Source of the DNA: an uncultured Actinomycetota bacterium
GTDB lineage: Bacteria; Actinomycetota; Thermoleophilia; RBG-16-64-13
Assembly: GCA_963803925.1 (NCBI GenBank)
Contig: CAWDOM010000003.1
Coordinates: 21,216-85,215 of the forward strand
Direction of reading: 5' to 3'
DNA: 64,000 bases
The notes below the pieces were generated by a model, which did no database searches, had not been told where the DNA came from, and was given only the letters and a program-made list of their open reading frames with translations. A program made the position numbers and the translations under genes. Positions 57,801 to 64,000 of this stretch are shown here, in pieces. The first letter of the stretch is position 1. Every line of letters begins with the position of its first letter.

Positions 57801-59317
57801 ACCACTCGTCATACTCGAAGGTGTCATGGTTGAAGAGCTGCTCGGGATACGGGTTCTGCGCATAGTCGGCAACTGCTTCGACCAAGGTCTTACCGACGAC
57901 CTCGGAGTACGACCTTGATGGTGCTGAGACCATTGGCGTCGGTCTTGCCCACAGCGGTCTTGGCGGGCGTGATAGCCGTGCCGTCGACAGCGATGATGTT
58001 ACCGACCGAGGTGATGGCCTCATTGGTCAGGAGGGTCTTCGGGTTGTCGAGGACATTGTAGATAGCCCACTCGACATCGATGCCGGCCATGGTGCGCGGC
58101 TTATAACCCTGAGCCAGCATAGCAAGCTCGTCGCCATACGTCATCGGGTCGTCGTACATGTCGCGACCGTCGTTGACATTGATGTTGGTCGGGTCGAACG
58201 GAGCGGTGCTAATCGCGTTGTACCAGTCGCTGAGGCTGGTGGAACGCGGGCCCGGGCCGAAGACGACCACGCGGACACCCCACAGGTGCTCCACACCGGC
58301 GTTGTTCTGGGCGCTGTTGCCGAGAGTGCTATAGATCTCGTCGAGAGCAAGCCAGTAACGGGTGGTGTAGACGGTGCCCACGCCGGCAACGGTGGCGCTG
58401 AGGCGCTGCGTGCCGGGCTCGAGCGAGAGCATATTGACGGTGACCTGGCCGTAGCTGTTGGTGACAGCCGCCTGCGGCGAGATGTTACCGACGTAGAAGC
58501 TCGTGGCCATCATCGTGTCGATGTCGACCAGAACGCCCTTGGCCGGATGGCCGGCGGCGTCGGTGACTTCGAGCGTGACCGAGTAGGTCTGGCCAATCAG
58601 GCCTTCAGTCTTGTCAGCGCTGACGAGCTCGAGCTTCGCCGGGATGTACAGCTGCGGCGGAACGAGAGCCTGGGCGCGGATCAAGAACGCGGCGGCCTGA
58701 ATACGGGTCAGGTTGGCGAGCGGATTGAAGTTGCCATAATCGTCGCCGGCCGTCAGACCCATGTCGAACGCGAAAGCGACTTCGGCCTTGAGGTCAGCGG
58801 AGATGCTGGCTGCATCGCCAAAGTGCTGCAGCATGGCGGTGAGCTCATCGGCGGTGTACATGGTGGCGAGGTCATAGCCCTGCGCCTTGGCCACGTAACG
58901 AGCGACGATGGCGACAGCCTGCTGACGCGTGATGTTCGCTTTCGGGGTGAAGGTGGTAGCCGTTGTGCCGTTTACAGCACCAGCGGCTTTAGCGCCTTCG
59001 ATGTAAGGATAGTAGAAGCTACCCTTGGGAACGTCCGTGAAGGACGCGGTGGCCGGATCCGCCAACGGGATATTGAAGGCCGCGACAGCCATCTTGGTGA
59101 ACTGCTCGCGAGTGATGGACTGGTACGGTTTCCAGAGTCCACCCTGGTAGCCTTCGGAAATCCCAGCGACCTGGTTGTCGGTGATGCCGTACTTGGCGGT
59201 CACCGTGTCGGGGAGGTCGGTCCACGTCTGGTCCGCGAGGGCCACAGTGGAGATTCCCAACACCAGGACGATGGCGAGGACGGCCAGAATCGCGACCTTA
59301 AGGGTGCGTTTCTGCAT
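54854..59317 (-). CDS. Probable major S-layer protein (about 1490 aa; N-terminal SLH triad), split by three frameshifts (about 57910, 56075, 55612)
   Basis: MQKRTLKVAILAVLAIVLVLGISTVALA signal; ITREQFTKM, ITRQQAV, LTRIQAAAFLIR; Ig/Big-like units; four overlapping ORFs join seamlessly; frequent GGT/GCT/GTT codons as in highly expressed genes; long leader and strong terminator. Confidence 0.8.
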
Positions 59318-59350
59318 TAGACCACTCCTCTTCTTGTTTTCATTCATAGC

Positions 59351-59420
59351 AAATGGTTCTTGCCATTTCCTACTTGTGCTGCGGTAGTAAGTAGGAAGTA
59401 AGAACTTGTCACCTCCTTTC
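59351..59420 (-). promoter_or_regulatory. Structured 5' leader with orphan strong SD (STAB-SD-like)
   Basis: GAAAGGAGGTGA at 59420-59409 with no start codon at normal spacing; stem TTCCTACTT/AAGTAGGAA with outer GTTCTT/AAGAAC. Confidence 0.55.
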
Positions 59421-59589
59421 GTCTTTGGGCTCACAGCCGCGCCTACCAACGCGGAGTGGCAAACTCTGAGGTCTGGGGCGGCAAGAGAGCCCGTCGACCG
59501 TTTCAGACACATTGAAAAGCGCAGACCGGCTGCGCGGATAATCGAAGCCATAGTCATATCGTCTGACCTGAACGTCATTGTTTCCTCCG

Positions 59590-60660
59590 TCACGAAGCGG
59601 CGCTGATGGCCGTTATCGTGGCGCCCTGGTCGGTTACGTGGACGGTGACGAAAAAGCGAGGCGAATCGTTGGTGTCGACGAACTCGAGCGTGAACCTCAC
59701 GGTAGTGCCATCGATGGCCCTGGCGCTGCCCGGAACCACCTGGCCGCTGGTCGGATCGTCGAGAGCGCCGATCATCTGCGTGAACGACGCCTTCGCTGAA
59801 GGAGCCACACGCCGCGACACCTCGGAGATGCTGCCGCCGTTCAGGAAGTAGTTGATGACGGCGGTGGCCAGATCGGCGGCCATCATCTGAGCGTCTCTCT
59901 GAATATCGGCGGAGACTACCACCGTGTTGTTGGTGGTAGTCGTGGAAGCCGGCTTGGTAGTCGGGGTGGTGGTGCCCCCGGTCGTCGGCGTCGTGCCCCC
60001 ACCCGAGGTGAGCGTCGTGCTGCCCGGAGTGTGCTGGGTGGTGGACGTGCCGTTGGTGACCGGCGTGGTGTCGGTGGTGCCGGGCACCTCGGTCGTGACC
60101 GTCGGCTCGGTGCCGCCGGTGCCCTCGGAAGTCGGGGTGACAACAGAGGTGACGGTGGTAGTCTCGACAGCGACTATGTCGGTGGAGGTGACCGCTACCG
60201 GCCCGGTGCCCCCGGCGCCGAACAGGCCGGCCCCGTAGACGCCGAGAACCGCGGCCAAGATGACCACGGCCGCGCCCGCCGAGCCAAGAGCGACCCGCCA
60301 GCCGCGGGCATGGCCCGCCGAAACAGGAACGGGAAGCAGACTGCCCGGGCGAGCGGAGGCCTTCGCCCCCGTACCCTTGAGCAGCACCGGAGCCGTCGGC
60401 CGGACAGGGTGACGCTCGAGTTCGCGACGAAGGGTGGCCCAGCCCCGCTCCTTGGCGGCCTGGGCGACCTCGATGTGCGACATGCTCGAAAGCCGGACAT
60501 CGAGAGCGCGCATCGCGTCGTCGATGGGGATATCAAGATGGAATGTCTGATCTTCGCGAGCGGCGGTCTTCTTGGCGCTCGACGGCACAACGATGGAGTG
60601 CCCACCGGGCCGGCTCTTGCCGTGCTTCGTCGCTTCGCGCTTGTTGAGAAGTCTGAACAT
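59590..60660 (-). CDS. Putative membrane anti-sigma factor
   Basis: Directly downstream of the ECF sigma gene; cytoplasmic N-terminus, single TM (AAVVILAAVLGVYGA), long Thr-rich linker, small C-terminal domain. Confidence 0.65.
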   Translation of the reverse strand: MFRLLNKREATKHGKSRPGGHSIVVPSSAKKTAAREDQTFHLDIPIDDAMRALDVRLSSMSHIEVAQAAKERGWATLRRELERHPVRPTAPVLLKGTGAKASARPGSLLPVPVSAGHARGWRVALGSAGAAVVILAAVLGVYGAGLFGAGGTGPVAVTSTDIVAVETTTVTSVVTPTSEGTGGTEPTVTTEVPGTTDTTPVTNGTSTTQHTPGSTTLTSGGGTTPTTGGTTTPTTKPASTTTTNNTVVVSADIQRDAQMMAADLATAVINYFLNGGSISEVSRRVAPSAKASFTQMIGALDDPTSGQVVPGSARAIDGTTVRFTLEFVDTNDSPRFFVTVHVTDQGATITAISAAS

Positions 60661-60712
60661 TCTGACCGTATATTGCCGGCGGCCCGGAAAAGTTACGGTC
60701 GAATGCCGATGT

Positions 60713-61459
60713 TCATCTCAGCGGGGGTCCCTCTCGACCGAGAACGCCCTTCAGAGTGGCCAGTCCGCGGAGTTGGAGCTGTTTGACAGCGCCCTCGGTC
60801 CGCCCGACCGCCGCGGCGGTGTCGGCGAGCGACATCGACATGACGTAACGCAGCAGGATGACCTCGCGCTGGCCCTCGGGCACTTGCGCGAGAGCGTGAG
60901 CGATGGCTACGCGCAATTCCTGCTCTTCGGCGGTGGCGTGAGGCCCGGCGGTCTGGGCCACAAGCTCCTCGGCCGCCTCGAGGTCGACCGAGCTTGGCGC
61001 CCGGCTCTGTCCGCGCTGGTAGAAGGCGATCTGCTTGCGCGCCATGGCGTAGAGCCAGGCGACGAACGGCTTGCCTTCGTCGCGGTAGCGTCCGAGACCG
61101 CGGACCATGCCCAGGAATACCTGGCTCGTCACGTCTTCGGCGGCCGACGGGGAGCCGAGCCGCAACAGGACGTACCTGTAGATGGTGTCGTAGTGCGTGC
61201 GGTAGAGGGCCTCGATGGCCGATTCCTCGCCGCGGCAGGCCGCCTCGACCAACCGTTGCTCGCGCCGCTGCTCGCGCTCGTGCGTCACCGGATCGCGGAG
61301 GATACCGTCGTCGCCGGCGCCATTGCCGCCCACCGCCCCAGGCATGGCGACCGGCGGACGGGCAGCGCGTGACGTCTCGAGGCCGGCCTCGAGGGCGGAG
61401 CTCTGCCCCGGCGCCGCTAGGGCTGCGTCTTCTGCTTGTGAACGACGGAATAAGGCCAT
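60713..61459 (-). CDS. ECF RNA polymerase sigma factor
   Basis: LYRTHYDTIYRYV, AEDVTSQVF, FVAWLYAMAR (region 2); QREVILLRY...S..DTA..VGRTEGAVKQLQLRGL (region 4). Confidence 0.93.
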   Translation of the reverse strand: MALFRRSQAEDAALAAPGQSSALEAGLETSRAARPPVAMPGAVGGNGAGDDGILRDPVTHEREQRREQRLVEAACRGEESAIEALYRTHYDTIYRYVLLRLGSPSAAEDVTSQVFLGMVRGLGRYRDEGKPFVAWLYAMARKQIAFYQRGQSRAPSSVDLEAAEELVAQTAGPHATAEEQELRVAIAHALAQVPEGQREVILLRYVMSMSLADTAAAVGRTEGAVKQLQLRGLATLKGVLGREGPPLR

Positions 61460-61653
61460 AACGGTCCATCAAAGACGATGAGCACTAGCCGGACCCCCCG
61501 GAGCCGACCGACTTCCCAGCATGCCGCGATGTTACGCCGGCCACCCCACTCTGCGCGAGCTGGGACCCACAGGCAGACCGCGGAAGGATATAGAACGTGC
61601 GCTCCATTAGCAAGTGGAGAGTGATTTCAGCAACCCCTCGTTTCTGACCGCGG

Positions 61654-63648
61654 CTACGGTATCGCCAGATACGCGAGCAGATTGGCCGTCATCTTGGCGA
61701 CGTGGTTGCGACTGGCCGGCGTGTACGGGTAGAAGTAGAGCTTGCCGTTCGCGCCGGAGCTGCCGCTCATGATGCCGATCGAGTACGCCGCCATGATCTC
61801 CCGGTAGTACGCATGCGACGGGGGCACGTCGGCAAAGACCCTCTCGTCGCCCCAGTACTCGGGCAGAGGCTTGCCGGCCGCGGCGGCCCCCCGCAGGATC
61901 ATGAGCACAAGTTGGCTGCGCTTGATCGGGTCGTACGGACCGAAACGGCCCCCGTTGTATCCGGTGACGATGCCAAGGGAGGCGGCTTCTTCGACGTAGT
62001 CGTAGGGATAGCCGATGGCGTTCCAGACCGGGGGCACGTCTTTGAAGGTCGGGTTGCCGACGTTGTCGACTCCGTCGGTGTGCAACTCGGTCGCTTCCAT
62101 GATCATCTTGGCGAACTGAGCCCTGAGGACGTTCTCTTTGCCGCCGAAGAACCACAGCCCAGACCCCGCCGGCACCTCGCGACCGTTTATGACGCTGCGG
62201 TCGAGCAGTATGGCGATGTAGTCGTAGAACGGGTCATCGCCGCCTACATCGAGAAACTGGATGCCCCCAGGAGGATTGGAGGTGGCGCTGTAGGTGAACC
62301 GGTACGAGGCGACCATGCCGGCCGGGCCGCGCGACCATACGGCCAGGGTATGCCGGTCGTAGCCAAGCGGACCACTGACGGTTCCACCGCAGGTCTGTCC
62401 GTAGAGATCGAACGCGTCGACAGAGGGTGCGAGCTTCCCCTGGGAGTCCCACGAGATCAGAGCGGCACGCAGCGGAGCCCAGTCTTCTCCGTCGAAGACG
62501 ACCTGGAAGGGTTTGGAGGGCGATGCGGCCGGAAACTCCACATAGACCGCACCATAGTTCTCTACCGCCGTCGTGCGCAGAAAGGGAGCCGTGCCCGACA
62601 GCGACTGCTTGGGCACGAACACATGCAGATTCGAGAAGAGGTACGGCGGCAATTCGGGAGCATAGGAGTCGAGAAGCAGACTCAGCACCCAGTCATCGAA
62701 GAGCGAGGCGAAGGTCGACGGCGCGCCCGCGGACGCGAGTGCCGCGTCGATGCCGAAGGGACCGTCGAGCGGCTGTTGGGCCAGTGCCCGGATGAAGCCG
62801 GGACCTTGGCGCTCGGCCAGGTAGCTCATGAAGGCGTAAGAAGCGCCATAGCTCGCGCGATCGCCCTGCCATCTCGTCAGGTTGAAATCGGGACGGTACA
62901 GGTAGGCGAGCAGCCAGTTGTTGACCCTCTGATCGTATCCACAGAGGTGCTCCCCATACGTGGAGAAGCCCTCGCTGAGCCACGTGGATTCGGGCCCGCC
63001 CTGGCCCGATGGATCGAGCATCGCGTCCTGGTAGTAGATCAGCAAGTGTGAGAACTCGTGTGCGGCGAGAGCGGGTCCACTGCTCGTGTTCGCATGCAGC
63101 GCGTTCATGTTCAGGTAGAACATCTCCCTACGGTTCGAGTATGGGGTCCCGTCGGGATTCATATCGCGGAGATCGAACGATCCGTCGATGTCGTTCATCG
63201 GGTCGTTGAAGTCGTAGATCAGGATGGCGATGCGGGGGTCGCCGTCGAGGCCCGGATCGGGCGGGGGTCCGTAGGCGGCGGTCAGCGTCGGGTAGATGAC
63301 CGTATCGAATGCGACGCCCAGTTCGTTGATGAGATAGGTGGAGAGCTCAGCTTGGTTCTCACGGTAGATGACCGCGTGCTCGCCCGAGTACTCCACCGTC
63401 GCCAACCGCGGGTAGTAGACACCGCTCGCCCAATCGAGGGTCCAGAACGTGTCTTTGTCGCCCAGAACAGGGCCCATGACTCCCGCCAGCGGAGTCTCGT
63501 CGGCGGAGGGCGCGATGACGACGGCGCCCGCCGGAGGGGGAAAGGCGGCCGCGAACGCGGCGACGACCGTCACCACGGCGATCACACTGAGAGCAGTCCC
63601 CCAAAGCCTGGTCCGGGGATGCCGGGAACGTATCCATGCGGTTGGCAT
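61654..63648 (-). CDS. Secreted zinc metallopeptidase (HExxH, M30/M6-like) with C-terminal SLH domains
   Basis: Signal peptide; DGDPRI.IL, SNRREMFY, LAAHEFSHLL, WLSEGFS, YGASY.F; SLH VLRAQFAKM, IKRSQLV, ASRNHVAKM. Confidence 0.88.
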   Translation of the reverse strand: MPTAWIRSRHPRTRLWGTALSVIAVVTVVAAFAAAFPPPAGAVVIAPSADETPLAGVMGPVLGDKDTFWTLDWASGVYYPRLATVEYSGEHAVIYRENQAELSTYLINELGVAFDTVIYPTLTAAYGPPPDPGLDGDPRIAILIYDFNDPMNDIDGSFDLRDMNPDGTPYSNRREMFYLNMNALHANTSSGPALAAHEFSHLLIYYQDAMLDPSGQGGPESTWLSEGFSTYGEHLCGYDQRVNNWLLAYLYRPDFNLTRWQGDRASYGASYAFMSYLAERQGPGFIRALAQQPLDGPFGIDAALASAGAPSTFASLFDDWVLSLLLDSYAPELPPYLFSNLHVFVPKQSLSGTAPFLRTTAVENYGAVYVEFPAASPSKPFQVVFDGEDWAPLRAALISWDSQGKLAPSVDAFDLYGQTCGGTVSGPLGYDRHTLAVWSRGPAGMVASYRFTYSATSNPPGGIQFLDVGGDDPFYDYIAILLDRSVINGREVPAGSGLWFFGGKENVLRAQFAKMIMEATELHTDGVDNVGNPTFKDVPPVWNAIGYPYDYVEEAASLGIVTGYNGGRFGPYDPIKRSQLVLMILRGAAAAGKPLPEYWGDERVFADVPPSHAYYREIMAAYSIGIMSGSSGANGKLYFYPYTPASRNHVAKMTANLLAYLAIP

Positions 63649-64000
63649 GGAATTCATTATATCGGTTCTGGCCGAGCCGCTCGCAAGGCGACCCCTTTAC
63701 GAACGCCTTACACGAGACCGCCTACACTCCCGCCAGGATCCGCAGACGCGTCACGCTGCGGACGGAGTGAACCCTCTCGAGACGGCCGGCCCCCTCTCCG
63801 CGCCGTCTTGATTCCCTCATGCGGGTCGGGGCTCCGGTGCGGCGGCTGAGTTGAAGTCCGCCGAGCCGGAGCCTCGGCGCTTCTTGATGAGATAGCCGGG
63901 CGACAAGGACCTGCTATCGCGCCGGCCAGCGTGGCGCTGTCGACCGGGGGTCGGCGCTTGGCGGCCCGGCGGGCCGCGCTGACGGGCCGCCGGGCGACGA

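Noticed and set aside
54854-59317. Programmed frameshifting or phase variation in the S-layer gene
   Set aside because: No slippery heptamer or long homopolymer at the breakpoints; similar indels occur in unrelated genes, so sequencing error is more likely
63817-64000. 3' end of a minus-strand gene entering from the right edge
   Set aside because: A frame ending at TGA 63817-63819 exists but is short, low-complexity and has no recognisable motif

Overview
GC-rich bacterial chromosomal window. Gene content (MtrAB-like two-component system with a GerMN lipoprotein, nrdR-nrdJ, heliorhodopsin, many apparently leaderless genes) suggests a deep-branching, possibly anaerobic Actinomycetota such as Thermoleophilia; this is inference only. 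Left to right: the 5' part of a large secreted surface protein running off the left edge; a MoxR-DUF58-transglutaminase operon; ferredoxin-nifS-nifU; lipoproteins including DUF3160; an orphan TPP E1 alpha/beta pair; nrdR-nrdJ with two NrdR boxes; the two-component system; and a MalT-type STAND regulator. Next is a mosaic segment (about 26.2-32.2 kb) where one intact minimal ssb and two 3'-truncated ssb copies, each with the same conserved operator/-10 module, alternate with cargo genes. Metabolic genes and a histidine-free heliorhodopsin follow, then an approximately 20 kb cell-surface cluster (NlpC/P60, CAP-SLH, papain-like protease, SLH-Ig, probable S-layer gene, ECF sigma/anti-sigma, SLH-metalloprotease). 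No rRNA, tRNA, CRISPR array, integrase or transposase was seen. At least eight single-base frameshifts look like sequencing indels. Best leads: the ssb-anchored tandem cassette array, the His-less heliorhodopsin, a shared response-regulator box linking the DUF3160 and GerMN lipoproteins, a sigma-28-like promoter set, and a structured S-layer leader with an orphan strong Shine-Dalgarno. All family assignments are from motif recognition, not database searches.
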